Below are positions 39,197 to 47,775 of a stretch of 64,000 nt of DNA, one piece after another; positions within the stretch are counted from its first letter, which is position 1; each line of letters starts with the position of its first letter. The DNA is from Promethearchaeota archaeon (GTDB taxonomy: Archaea > Asgardarchaeota > Lokiarchaeia > Sigyniarchaeales > SOKP01). Location of the stretch: the NCBI GenBank assembly GCA_048940645.1, contig JBHLOI010000011.1, positions 18,204 through 82,203 of the forward strand. Reading direction: 5' to 3'. The translations under genes were made by a program, and so were the position numbers. The notes beneath the pieces were generated by a model that saw nothing but the letters and a program-made list of their open reading frames with translations, ran no database searches and was not told the origin of the DNA.

Positions 39197-40213
39197 TTAT
39201 TTTTCTTTAAATTTAAAGCTGATATCACCTTTCCTGCGATAATGAAAGACAATTAACACTAAAACTCCAGTAATTAATCCCGCACCTAGGATTGTGTATA
39301 GCCCTAAATCAAGCGGTATAGAAAAATTATTTGCTATGGAGGATTGATTATCATCAGGTGACGGAGGATTACAAATCGGCCCGTTGTCCACAATAGCGTA
39401 GGCAACATTCATCCAGTCTACTTCACAATAAACCCTAATACCAATGGTGTAGGGTCCTCCTATTGCGGTACCAAATGAAAATATGTTTACACTTGCTATA
39501 GATGCTAGGGTGTCATTTTCATAAATTGCGAATGGAATAGCATTAGGATCAATAATGTTATATATTACGCCCCCTTTGCTACTTAGATTCATAGATATTG
39601 AGGATACTCTCCCAATATAAAATTTATAACTTCTATCTGTTCCAAAAAATACCTCGTGTGATATAAAAAAACCATCTGAAAAACAAGTTACCTCATAGAA
39701 AATAATATTTCCGAATTCTTGCTGAGTAATTTTATCAAACAGACAATTTACATCTTCTCTTAATATTTTTATTTTAATATTAAGATTTTCCTCAAGCGTT
39801 GCTCTAAACATGAATGTATAGTTTCCGGCAACGGCAGTCCCAAATGGAATTGAAAATTCGCCATCTATTTGGGAAATATAGGTATAAAATATTTGAAATT
39901 CCCGATTAAAGCTATCCCATAGTGTAATATTCATATAGCAACTATGGGGAGTTACCACACTTACAATAATAGTATGCATGTAGGTTCTTAATAGGTCGAA
40001 GCTTAAGGTGTATGTATCTTGTGTTTGGGTAAAGGTGAATACTTTGCAAATATATTCGTGATTGCTGGTGTGAATCCTATTGTGTGTTAAATTCCCCAAT
40101 GATTGGGAGGAATTAGCAAGCGATCCATTATCTCGATATATATTGGGTGAGGAAAGTATTAAAAATCCGCCAAGAATTAAAATATATATAATTTTTCGTT
40201 TTTTAATATCCAT
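39197..40213 (-). CDS. Surface protein with two beta-rich repeats and C-terminal TM anchor
   Basis: Signal anchor; repeats FGTAVAGNYTF and FGTAIGGPYTI; C-terminal TM plus basic tail. Confidence 0.7.
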   Translation of the reverse strand: MDIKKRKIIYILILGGFLILSSPNIYRDNGSLANSSQSLGNLTHNRIHTSNHEYICKVFTFTQTQDTYTLSFDLLRTYMHTIIVSVVTPHSCYMNITLWDSFNREFQIFYTYISQIDGEFSIPFGTAVAGNYTFMFRATLEENLNIKIKILREDVNCLFDKITQQEFGNIIFYEVTCFSDGFFISHEVFFGTDRSYKFYIGRVSSISMNLSSKGGVIYNIIDPNAIPFAIYENDTLASIASVNIFSFGTAIGGPYTIGIRVYCEVDWMNVAYAIVDNGPICNPPSPDDNQSSIANNFSIPLDLGLYTILGAGLITGVLVLIVFHYRRKGDISFKFKEK

Positions 40214-40520
40214 ACACCTCTAACTCTTTAAATTCTGATTTTAATCCATGGATAATAACGCATCTATCATAATCAATACAACTAAAGCACGGTTTATCTG
40301 TCCAAAAATAGGCTGATTGGTGTGGACGTTCTATAATAAGTATTGGAAAGTTATTTCGAGGACAATTCAAGGCAGAATTGCTGATTTTACCTTTTTTGGG
40401 TAAAGGGTAAGAAATCTTGCAGATTTCACATTTTACAAACCGCTTGTAATTACTAGTTTTATACATTGTAAGAGAGCACTTACACTTAGGGCAAATCCCT
40501 ATCTCTTCTAATTTTTTCAT
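40203..40520 (-). CDS. Topoisomerase-I-type zinc-ribbon repeat protein
   Basis: IGICPKC...KRFVKC..C...YPLPKKG...CP pattern, as in type IA topoisomerase C-termini. Confidence 0.65.
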   Translation of the reverse strand: MKKLEEIGICPKCKCSLTMYKTSNYKRFVKCEICKISYPLPKKGKISNSALNCPRNNFPILIIERPHQSAYFWTDKPCFSCIDYDRCVIIHGLKSEFKELEVYGY

Positions 40521-40566
40521 TCAAAGGTCACATTACAATAAATTTAGAATACAGTATTTTTTGCCC

Positions 40567-40581
40567 TATATAAAGAAAAAA
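40567..40581 (-). promoter_or_regulatory. T6C-TATA element
   Basis: Minus strand TTTTTTCTTTATATA, 54 nt before ATG 40520, divergent context. Confidence 0.7.
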
Positions 40582-40653
40582 TTAGAAATCATGGAGAGAC
40601 CCTCCCTTTATATAAAATACTATTTGTATTACTCTACGATTTTTCTAACCTCA

Positions 40654-40668
40654 TTTTTTCTTTAAATA
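40654..40668 (+). promoter_or_regulatory. T6C-TATA element (leaderless spacing)
   Basis: TTTTTTCTTTAAATA, exactly 29 nt before ATG 40690, divergent context. Confidence 0.8.
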
Positions 40669-40689
40669 TCCATAATCAAATATCTCATT

Positions 40690-40914
40690 ATGGTCTTTTT
40701 TGATTATTTTGATGGGTTCCAGACAGGAATTGAATTTTTAATCGCATTAGGATCAATTATTGGGTTATTAGGTCTAATCATGGGAATTATTTTTTTAATT
40801 TGGGGGGGATCTAGATTGCGATACAAAATGCTTGGAGTTGTACTTGTTTCAATTGTTCTTTTAGTAATCTGTGGATTCGATACAGGATTAAAATACTTCA
40901 CCATTTACCGATAA
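40690..40914 (+). CDS. 74 aa two-TM protein, VirB2/CedA1 pilin-like architecture
   Basis: Amphipathic N-helix, Gly-rich TM1, basic loop GGSRLRYK, TM2. The CDS is solid; pilin identity is inferred. Confidence 0.6.
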   Translation: MVFFDYFDGFQTGIEFLIALGSIIGLLGLIMGIIFLIWGGSRLRYKMLGVVLVSIVLLVICGFDTGLKYFTIYR

Positions 40915-40935
40915 GAATTTAAAAATAAAGGAGAT

Positions 40936-41301
40936 TTAATGATATCCTTGGGACGATTGTTCTCCTATCTGAAATCCCAATAACTCAAATGCTTGTCCCG
41001 TAAGAAATGCTCCTATCCACAGTAAAAGAATCCCAAAAGCCATATATTTAAGATAGATTTTTCTGTTAAAAATAGTTCCCAGAATTGAAAATCCAAATAT
41101 AATCCATCCTGCCCATATACAAAGGTCACCAAGTTTACTAAAAATGAAATGAAAAAAGGTTCCTACTTGATACTGTAAGTTTATCCCGAAGAAGGGTACA
41201 TAAATTGCGATAATCGCAAATATACCAATGAATACCCATGTAAATGCTTTCGATTTGTGTTTTCTTTCTCGAATAATATAAATTCCATCCTTTCTGGACA
41301 T
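40936..41301 (-). CDS. Three-TM membrane protein (start revised to MSRKDG)
   Basis: AAGGAAGGA SD before ATG 41301; element upstream. Confidence 0.65.
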   Translation of the reverse strand: MSRKDGIYIIRERKHKSKAFTWVFIGIFAIIAIYVPFFGINLQYQVGTFFHFIFSKLGDLCIWAGWIIFGFSILGTIFNRKIYLKYMAFGILLLWIGAFLTGQAFELLGFQIGEQSSQGYH

Positions 41302-41355
41302 AATTTCCTTCCTTTTTATGATTATTGAAAGTTTGACGAACAATAACAATGAGAA

Positions 41356-41370
41356 TATTTAAAAGAAAAA
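41356..41370 (-). promoter_or_regulatory. T5C-TATA element
   Basis: Minus strand TTTTTCTTTTAAATA. Confidence 0.6.
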
Positions 41371-41449
41371 CAGCATCTCTCTTTTTTTGTTTAAATATAT
41401 AGAACAATGAAAAATATCAAAACAAAGTTTATTGATAAATTGAGGTTTT

Positions 41450-41599
41450 ATGCCAGGTCTCCACGAATTTGATGAATATGTTTTATATAGTTGGCGTAAT
41501 GAACAAATTAAAGAGCAAATTAAAAAAAATAAACATGTTAAGCGTATTCGTAATAAAAAAAAAAAAACGAATAAAAAATTAGAGATCGGATATTCCTAG
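41450..41599 (+). CDS. 49 aa basic microprotein MPGLHEFDEYVLYSWRNEQIKEQIKKNKHVKRIRNKKKKTNKKLEIGYS (not in ORF track)
   Basis: SD TGAGGT at 41441; variant element T7G-TTTAAATA at 41382-41397. An A13 run makes the C-terminus uncertain. Confidence 0.55.
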   Translation: MPGLHEFDEYVLYSWRNEQIKEQIKKNKHVKRIRNKKKKTNKKLEIGYS

Positions 41600-41715
41600 T
41601 TTTTTTAGAAAAAGAGTGCTATTTGCTTTACCAAAAATTTTTTTACGATATTCTTTTCATATTATAATATTTTTTAAGAAGAATTAGAATGGATGTTCTT
41701 AAAGAAAAAGAATAA

Positions 41716-41729
41716 TTTTTCTTTAAATA
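41716..41729 (+). promoter_or_regulatory. T5C-TATA element (leaderless spacing)
   Basis: TTTTTCTTTAAATA, exactly 29 nt before ATG 41751. Confidence 0.75.
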
Positions 41730-41750
41730 TTTTTAGTAACATTTTTTCTC

Positions 41751-41846
41751 ATGAAAGAAGATCTAATGGATATTATTGGATTAATCGCAGCATTTGGTGT
41801 ATTGTTAGGATTAGGAATATGGTTTAGTCTTCTGGTATTTCTTTAG
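41751..41846 (+). CDS. 31 aa single-TM microprotein MKEDLMDIIGLIAAFGVLLGLGIWFSLLVFL (not in ORF track)
   Basis: Clean TM helix with GxxxG; element at the diagnostic 29 nt spacing. Confidence 0.6.
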   Translation: MKEDLMDIIGLIAAFGVLLGLGIWFSLLVFL

Positions 41847-41957
41847 GATGATATAAAATATGGGTATTTTAATAAATTTCCCAATACTTTTCACGTAAAC
41901 CCTTTCTTTTATAAATCCTAATTTTCTGTAAAGAATTTTATTTCGTTAAACCAGATA

Positions 41958-41972
41958 TTTTTTCTTTTAATA
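41958..41972 (+). promoter_or_regulatory. T6C-TATA element (leaderless spacing)
   Basis: TTTTTTCTTTTAATA, exactly 29 nt before ATG 41994. Confidence 0.75.
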
Positions 41973-41993
41973 TATAGTATTTCTATTTACATT

Positions 41994-43094
41994 ATGGGAG
42001 TAAAATTACATAATCTTATTATCCGCAAAAAATTGGATTTTTCTGATTTAGCAGGAACCATTATTGCAATCGATGCTCCCAACATTATAATGAGTTTATT
42101 TAATTTTGTCCGTAAAAATTCAGATGGTAGTCCTGCTGGTTTAATTTTAGATCGAACCCAACGTCCAATTTCTCATTTATATGGTCTTTTATATCGAATT
42201 AACTTCTATTATAGTAAGAAGATTTTTCCTCTATTCTGCTTCGATGGAAAAGTATCTGAATTAAAGAAACTCATAACTAAAGACCAGTTAAACGATTATC
42301 TATTTACTCAGAAATGGTACCAATCTGCCTTGAGGTCTGGCAATAATGAATTAGCAAGAAAAATCGCATTAAGTAAAGAGTATTTATGGCAAAACATTAT
42401 TCAAGAATCAAAACAACTCCTTAATAATCTTGGAGTACCGTATTTCGATTCTCCGGCCTCAGCAGAGTCACAATGTGCCCAGTTAGTAAGAGATAAGATT
42501 GCTCATTATTCCAATTCCCAGGATTTTGATTCTTTAGTATTTGGGTGTCCCCACTTAGTTCAGAACATTTCAAAGTCATTACGAAGAAAAGTCCACGGAA
42601 AATGGACGTATCAGAAAATTATTCCCTATAAAATTAATTTAAAAGAGAATTTACACTCCTTAGGAATTGATCAGTTTCAGTTAGTTGATATGGTCATCTT
42701 GATGGGATGTGATTATTTTCCTGGTGTCAGAGGAATCGGTCCAAAAAAAGCCCTTAATTTGATAAAAAAATTCCATTCTTTAGAAAAGGTAATATTTCAA
42801 GAAAAAAAAAGATATAATTTCAAAGCGCTTACTTCAGATTTAATTATTAAAATTCGAAAACTATTTTTACTTCCAGATGTGTTATCTTCATATTCTGAGA
42901 TCACTTGGAACATACCAAATGTACCCCTGGTTAAATCCTTTTTATGTGAGCAGCATTTCTTAAATAAAGAGCGAGTGCAAAACAATCTCAAGAAATTCTT
43001 ACGGAATTTTGAGAAGTGTAGAGAATTTTTTGTCACTCAAAAAGATAAGCCTCGTATTATTCAAAAAACATTAAATCAATACTCCTTAATTTAA
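41994..43094 (+). CDS. fen: Flap endonuclease 1 family protein, divergent paralog
   Basis: MGV, IAIDA, SHLYGL, FDGK, AESQCA, SQDFDSLVFG, GCDY.PG..GIGPKKA; PIP-like QKTLNQY. Confidence 0.88.
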   Translation: MGVKLHNLIIRKKLDFSDLAGTIIAIDAPNIIMSLFNFVRKNSDGSPAGLILDRTQRPISHLYGLLYRINFYYSKKIFPLFCFDGKVSELKKLITKDQLNDYLFTQKWYQSALRSGNNELARKIALSKEYLWQNIIQESKQLLNNLGVPYFDSPASAESQCAQLVRDKIAHYSNSQDFDSLVFGCPHLVQNISKSLRRKVHGKWTYQKIIPYKINLKENLHSLGIDQFQLVDMVILMGCDYFPGVRGIGPKKALNLIKKFHSLEKVIFQEKKRYNFKALTSDLIIKIRKLFLLPDVLSSYSEITWNIPNVPLVKSFLCEQHFLNKERVQNNLKKFLRNFEKCREFFVTQKDKPRIIQKTLNQYSLI

Positions 43095-43098
43095 CCAA

Positions 43099-43113
43099 TT
43101 TTCCTTTATAAAT
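43099..43113 (+). promoter_or_regulatory. T4CC-TATA element
   Basis: TTTTCCTTTATAAAT, 62 nt before ATG 43167. Confidence 0.55.
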
Positions 43114-43166
43114 AACCATTTTATGGAATTGGTAAACAATTCTTTTCCATTCCATATTGATGAGTT

Positions 43167-43763
43167 ATGGCAGATACTATCGCAAAAAAGTTAATGCCCA
43201 CTAGTGTTTTAGTAAAAATTCTTCTTGATTTTTCCTCAAAATCTACGGTATTGAATTACCTATTCCGGAAAAAAAGTTTCGTTGATTCCCATGAAAATAT
43301 CTTAGTTCTTTCCGATTTCACTATTAATAAAATTTCCCAAGAAGTAAATGTTCCTTTTGATACAACCGAAGGAATTATTATCCAATGTTTACTTAATATG
43401 TTTTACTTTAAACGTGCCTTAAATTGTGTTAGATTCATATGGAACAATGATATGGAAAAACTCAGGCGGAGATTAAGGGTATATTTATATAAAGCACATC
43501 GAATTGCTCCTGTGTTTGATTATAAACGAGCCAGGACAAATAGTGAAACTCTCATTACATTAATGAAGAGGAGTTGCTATTTCCCGCGATTCACTACTCA
43601 GCTTGCTTTAGTAATATATGTAACTGATGCGAATAACCAGCATAAAATCTTTGATACGCCCATTCTCCAGCGGAATCTACGAGCTTTTTGCGATTGTTCT
43701 GCATTTGCCTTTCATCGAGCAAGAAATAAGTTGAGAATAAATAATCAAGGTAAAACTTATTAG
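43167..43763 (+). CDS. Protein with C-terminal TFB-like cyclin/HTH repeat, no zinc ribbon
   Basis: QLALVIYV...LQRNLRAFCDCSAFAFHRARNKL aligns gap-free to the TFB pattern AAAALYI...TQREVAEVARVTEVTVRNRYKEL. Confidence 0.5.
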   Translation: MADTIAKKLMPTSVLVKILLDFSSKSTVLNYLFRKKSFVDSHENILVLSDFTINKISQEVNVPFDTTEGIIIQCLLNMFYFKRALNCVRFIWNNDMEKLRRRLRVYLYKAHRIAPVFDYKRARTNSETLITLMKRSCYFPRFTTQLALVIYVTDANNQHKIFDTPILQRNLRAFCDCSAFAFHRARNKLRINNQGKTY

Positions 43764-43888
43764 ATTTTTTCTGTGCTAATGGACAACTGCTTTAAAAACA
43801 TAAAAAACATATTTATTACCAAAATTGTTATATTTTGAATTTCCTTATTTTTTTATTGATAAAATAAGACAAAAAAGAGGAATCTGAG

Positions 43889-44293
43889 TTGAAGGATAAA
43901 ATTAAGCTTACATTGCCATTAGTTACTTTAAAAATATTAAATAGTCTTTGTATTCTGTTCAGTGCATTTATATTGATAAGTACTTTAAGAGCTTTGTATT
44001 TTCTCACTGCTGATCCTCCAGATTTACCCTGCCTTATGTGTGAGGGATGCCCCTGTCCACCTAGTGATTTTGTTATAGCCAGAAATTATTATCTTAATTT
44101 CTTGTTCCCAACGTTGATTTTCTCAAATATAATATTGATTGCTCTTTGTATCATTTTAATTTCAATTTTGAAATTTAAATATAGCTTCCTCAAATTAACT
44201 CTTTTTATAAAAAAGTATGGAAAAAGTGAGGATTTATTCAAAGCATATAAATCTACAATCCAATCTAATGATTTTAACCTTAAATATAGATGA
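43889..44293 (+). CDS. Two-TM protein with Cys/Pro-rich loop
   Basis: PPDLPCLMCEGCPCPP between TMs. Confidence 0.55.
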   Translation: MKDKIKLTLPLVTLKILNSLCILFSAFILISTLRALYFLTADPPDLPCLMCEGCPCPPSDFVIARNYYLNFLFPTLIFSNIILIALCIILISILKFKYSFLKLTLFIKKYGKSEDLFKAYKSTIQSNDFNLKYR

Positions 44294-44332
44294 TTTAAGA
44301 ATAATTATTCTTAGAAGTGTTTATTTAGAGTA

Positions 44333-45661
44333 TTACTTTTTCATATTTTTTAATTTTAATTTTCTCGATTTTAAAAAATTTTGAAATTCAAAATCACTTA
44401 TTTTATCTGCTTCGAGGGCTCCCGTACTTTCTAGATACTTTTTAAAATCTTTAATAAGAGAGATAACTTCTTCTTGTTTAAAATTTTCTTTAAAAATGAA
44501 ATTATTTCGCTCTAAAATAAATTCAGAATACCACCAATAAAATATGACAGTTATAAGTATAATTAGGAAATTGTTTACTAAACTAATCTGACTTTGACTA
44601 GCATAAGTTCCTGAGATTGAACCAGCTCCAATAATCATAATGATTTGCCCTTCAAAATATAAAATTGTGAATGCAAAAAGGAAAAATGATAAATTATTGG
44701 GAGTAAATATCTTAAATCTGAAAAGTTTACCTCCTAAACCCTTTAAGACCAAAATTGCTGTTAAAATCATTAAAAGAATGTCAATAACTACTCTGAAAAA
44801 ATCGAATCCATGGATTTCTGTTACTCTTCTAAACGACCAAATGAAACTAAACGATCTATACCATAAGTAAAGCCATATAAATATGTAAAATAATGAAGAA
44901 AAAACGTTTGGCGTTTCATTTTTAATGCTTTTAATAAATAAGTTAATTACTTTATAAGAGGTTATGATTATGATAATATACATTGCTATATTCCATCCAT
45001 TAAACCAATAAATTGGTTCTAATGAATCTCCTGGACTTTGAATTTCAAAATAATTTAATAATCCAAAATAAGTACTTAATTGGAACACAATTGGTAATAT
45101 TAATCCAATAGTTAAGAATACGTAACTGTATATTCTACTAATATTGGACTCTCTATTTCTAGTTATTAATATATCATTAGCTTTATTCGAAATGCTAACC
45201 ATAATTTTTCTAATAAAGAAAATCTGGATCAAATTCCACCCAAAATAAATAATAACACATGAATATGGTAGTATTATATCCCAACCTAAAAACTGAACTG
45301 GTATTTGTGAAGAGGAGCCAAAGAAGAAATAGATTAATATTAAAATTAAGCAAATTCCAAAAGTAATCATTAGGATTGTAAGCTTTTTTATGGTATGTTT
45401 TCTTTCTTTTGAGAATATTTGAGCCTCCATTTGAGGGATCATACTAATAAACATTAAGATTAAATAAGTAAGAGTAAAGGAAATGGTTACAATCAAGACA
45501 ATATTACCGATATCCTCTTTTGGATAAAGGCTAAGAACAGTAATTACAATTATAATTAAAAAAAATAAAATCGTATAAATAATATGACTATGTTCAAATA
45601 ATCTGTGAAATCTTGTTTTAATAGTTTCTTTATCCTTTATAGTATTAATATTTTCATTCAT
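44333..45661 (-). CDS. Polytopic membrane protein (about 10 TM)
   Basis: Hydrophobicity pattern; no family recognised. Confidence 0.7.
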   Translation of the reverse strand: MNENINTIKDKETIKTRFHRLFEHSHIIYTILFFLIIIVITVLSLYPKEDIGNIVLIVTISFTLTYLILMFISMIPQMEAQIFSKERKHTIKKLTILMITFGICLILILIYFFFGSSSQIPVQFLGWDIILPYSCVIIYFGWNLIQIFFIRKIMVSISNKANDILITRNRESNISRIYSYVFLTIGLILPIVFQLSTYFGLLNYFEIQSPGDSLEPIYWFNGWNIAMYIIIIITSYKVINLFIKSIKNETPNVFSSLFYIFIWLYLWYRSFSFIWSFRRVTEIHGFDFFRVVIDILLMILTAILVLKGLGGKLFRFKIFTPNNLSFFLFAFTILYFEGQIIMIIGAGSISGTYASQSQISLVNNFLIILITVIFYWWYSEFILERNNFIFKENFKQEEVISLIKDFKKYLESTGALEADKISDFEFQNFLKSRKLKLKNMKK

Positions 45662-45705
45662 AGCTCTAATAGTTAAATTATTTCGATAATATTATTTCTA
45701 ACTCA

Positions 45706-45720
45706 TTTTTTCTTTAAAAA
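45706..45720 (+). promoter_or_regulatory. T6C-TATA element
   Basis: TTTTTTCTTTAAAAA, 55-61 nt before the RPA start, divergent context. Confidence 0.65.
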
Positions 45721-45767
45721 TATTTATTATAATTTTAACTTATCTGTCTATTTATTAATATAAAGAG

Positions 45768-46694
45768 TTGATTATGAGTTCATACATGGAAGAGATATAT
45801 CAAAAACTTATTGAACATGGTTTTTCAAAAAAGGAATTAGAAAACGAAATTAATAAGAAAGCAAAGGAATATGGTGGATTTATGTCTAAGCAAGGTATCC
45901 TTTTTATCATTGCTAAAGAATATGGAATGAATATTAATTCTCCAGAAATAGAGACAGAGCTTTATCAGAAGGTTGAGGAGAATATAAACTATGATGAATT
46001 TACTATTCCTATTTCCAATCTCAAAGAAGGCATGGAAAATGTAGTGTTATTGGGTAAAATTTTAAAATATGTTCCTCCAAAAGAATTTCTACGTAAAGAT
46101 AATTCCATTGGGGCAATTTCCTCATGTATTATTGGTGATAATTCAGGGGATATAAAAGTTGTCATGTGGGATGAAAAAGCAATAGCAATGAATAATGATT
46201 CTTCTAAAGAGGGCGAATTAGTAAGAGTAATTAGTGATTATATCAAAATAAATCGAAATGGAAACCTAGAAGTTCATGTAGGAAAAAAAGGCAAGATCAT
46301 TTTAGCACCTAGAGATATAAATTCAAAGATTAAAAAAAAATTAGCAGAAATACCATATAAAAGGAAGGAATTCAATAATCATTTTTCAATTAGTGATCTA
46401 ATCAATAAATATTCGTTTATTCAAAAATTAAAAGGACAGGTTCACATTAAAAAATTCAAGGAAATTACCAAAAAGGATGGTGAAAAAATGTTTTTATTAA
46501 AGCTAATTTTGAGTGATGATACTGGATCTGTTTGTATGAATATTTGGGGTATGAACGCTATAGAAACTTTGAAACTTATTGAAGAAGGAGATCATATTAT
46601 TGTAAAAAATCTTTCTGTAAAATTCAATTCTTATACTAGTGAAAAGGAGCTTTCCTTTACTAAAAAATCTACCTTAGAAGTAGTTTCTTTTTAA
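45768..46694 (+). CDS. rpa: Replication protein A / SSB with two OB folds
   Basis: N-terminal helical domain (KAKEYGGFMS...IIAKEYG); OB folds ISNLKEG..NV.LLGKI...GDNSGDIKVVMW and LSDDTGSVCMNIWG. Confidence 0.85.
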   Translation: MIMSSYMEEIYQKLIEHGFSKKELENEINKKAKEYGGFMSKQGILFIIAKEYGMNINSPEIETELYQKVEENINYDEFTIPISNLKEGMENVVLLGKILKYVPPKEFLRKDNSIGAISSCIIGDNSGDIKVVMWDEKAIAMNNDSSKEGELVRVISDYIKINRNGNLEVHVGKKGKIILAPRDINSKIKKKLAEIPYKRKEFNNHFSISDLINKYSFIQKLKGQVHIKKFKEITKKDGEKMFLLKLILSDDTGSVCMNIWGMNAIETLKLIEEGDHIIVKNLSVKFNSYTSEKELSFTKKSTLEVVSF

Positions 46695-46767
46695 AAGAAT
46701 TTACTGAAAAAAAAGTCCCACTCTCTATGTTCTTACTTTAATTATTTGATATTCTTTTGTTCAATTG

Positions 46768-47088
46768 TTAATTTATACTTTCTTTCTTCTTTAATAATCG
46801 GTCCTTATATTGATTTGCCTTTGGATGAGTGGGTGTTATTTCTAAGGCTTTTTCATAATATTTTAAAGCTTCCTGATAATTTCCCATCTTCTCATAGGTT
46901 TTACCCAACATTACCCAACCAGTATCGTATTTAGGGTTTATAGTTAGTACTTTCATCCAATTTTCAATTGTGTTATCATAATTTTTAGAAAAAGAATATT
47001 TAACAGCTTGATGAAAGTATTTATTATAATCCTCTACCTTTATCTCCTCTTCTTCTTCATTTTTTTCTTCTTTTTTAGGAATATTCAT
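46768..47088 (-). CDS. Small TPR protein
   Basis: INPKYDTGWVMLGKTYEKMGNYQEALKYYEKALEITP. Confidence 0.8.
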   Translation of the reverse strand: MNIPKKEEKNEEEEEIKVEDYNKYFHQAVKYSFSKNYDNTIENWMKVLTINPKYDTGWVMLGKTYEKMGNYQEALKYYEKALEITPTHPKANQYKDRLLKKKESIN

Positions 47089-47183
47089 TACCTCTTAAAG
47101 TAATTTACATTGAACATTCTTTATAATTTGTATATTGGGATTCAAATATTTATAAGTATTATTGTGAATATCTCATTTTCAAT

Positions 47184-47198
47184 TTTTTTCTTTAAATA
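47184..47198 (+). promoter_or_regulatory. T6C-TATA element
   Basis: TTTTTTCTTTAAATA, 51 nt before ATG 47242, inside the over-extended 47110 ORF call. Confidence 0.7.
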
Positions 47199-47241
47199 CT
47201 ACTGCTTAACTCTTCTTATAAAATACGAAAGATGTGATAAA

Positions 47242-47775
47242 ATGTCATTTTATGTACCAAAAGTATTATATGAAAATGAAATTGCTGAAGTGCTAGATGA
47301 AATTCGATATAGCTATGGAAAGTTAACGAGAAAGGGATTTATTTACGGTCTAATTGCTATCGATCAAGATGCAAAAATTATTGCAATCGATTCACGATTT
47401 GATCGTAAATTGAATTATTGGGATTTGAGCTCTATTGGAGCAGCATTATATGGAGTTGCTCGTCAAGCTCAAGATTTCTTTGATACTCAAGCTTTAATTA
47501 GAGCCACATTGATTTTTAAAGATTTACAATTATACGTTAAATCGGTCGGTTATGTGGATCTTCCACAAAAGGGAAAGAGAGAGATCTTAGTTATCTTATT
47601 GGTTAACAATGAAGTAAATATTGGTGTTCTTATTTTACAAATGACCAAATTCGCAGAAAAAATTCGCAATGCCATTAAAAGAAACAATGAAGTAATGACT
47701 AAATTAGAAATGAATGAAGCAGAGCTTAAGAAATATCTTAAAAATCTAAAACAGAAGGTATTTGGATCTACATAA
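47242..47775 (+). CDS. Roadblock/LC7 (MglB-like) domain protein (start revised to MSFYVP)
   Basis: LIAIDQDAKIIA...LSSIGAALYGVARQA...ILVIL...VNIGVL Roadblock pattern; directly upstream of an MglA-like GTPase. Confidence 0.75.
   Translation: MSFYVPKVLYENEIAEVLDEIRYSYGKLTRKGFIYGLIAIDQDAKIIAIDSRFDRKLNYWDLSSIGAALYGVARQAQDFFDTQALIRATLIFKDLQLYVKSVGYVDLPQKGKREILVILLVNNEVNIGVLILQMTKFAEKIRNAIKRNNEVMTKLEMNEAELKKYLKNLKQKVFGST

Noticed and set aside
39200-39214. TTTTTCTTTAAATTT copy of the element on the + strand
   Set aside because: It lies in the 3' end of a minus-strand CDS (codons FKEK) and points at no gene; treated as a chance match. A similar case occurs near 44484.
47110-47241. Hydrophobic N-terminal extension of the Roadblock ORF (similarly 24173-24280 and 41302-41349)
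   Set aside because: These extensions are translated AT-rich promoter/leader DNA; downstream ATGs with SD or element support are better starts.
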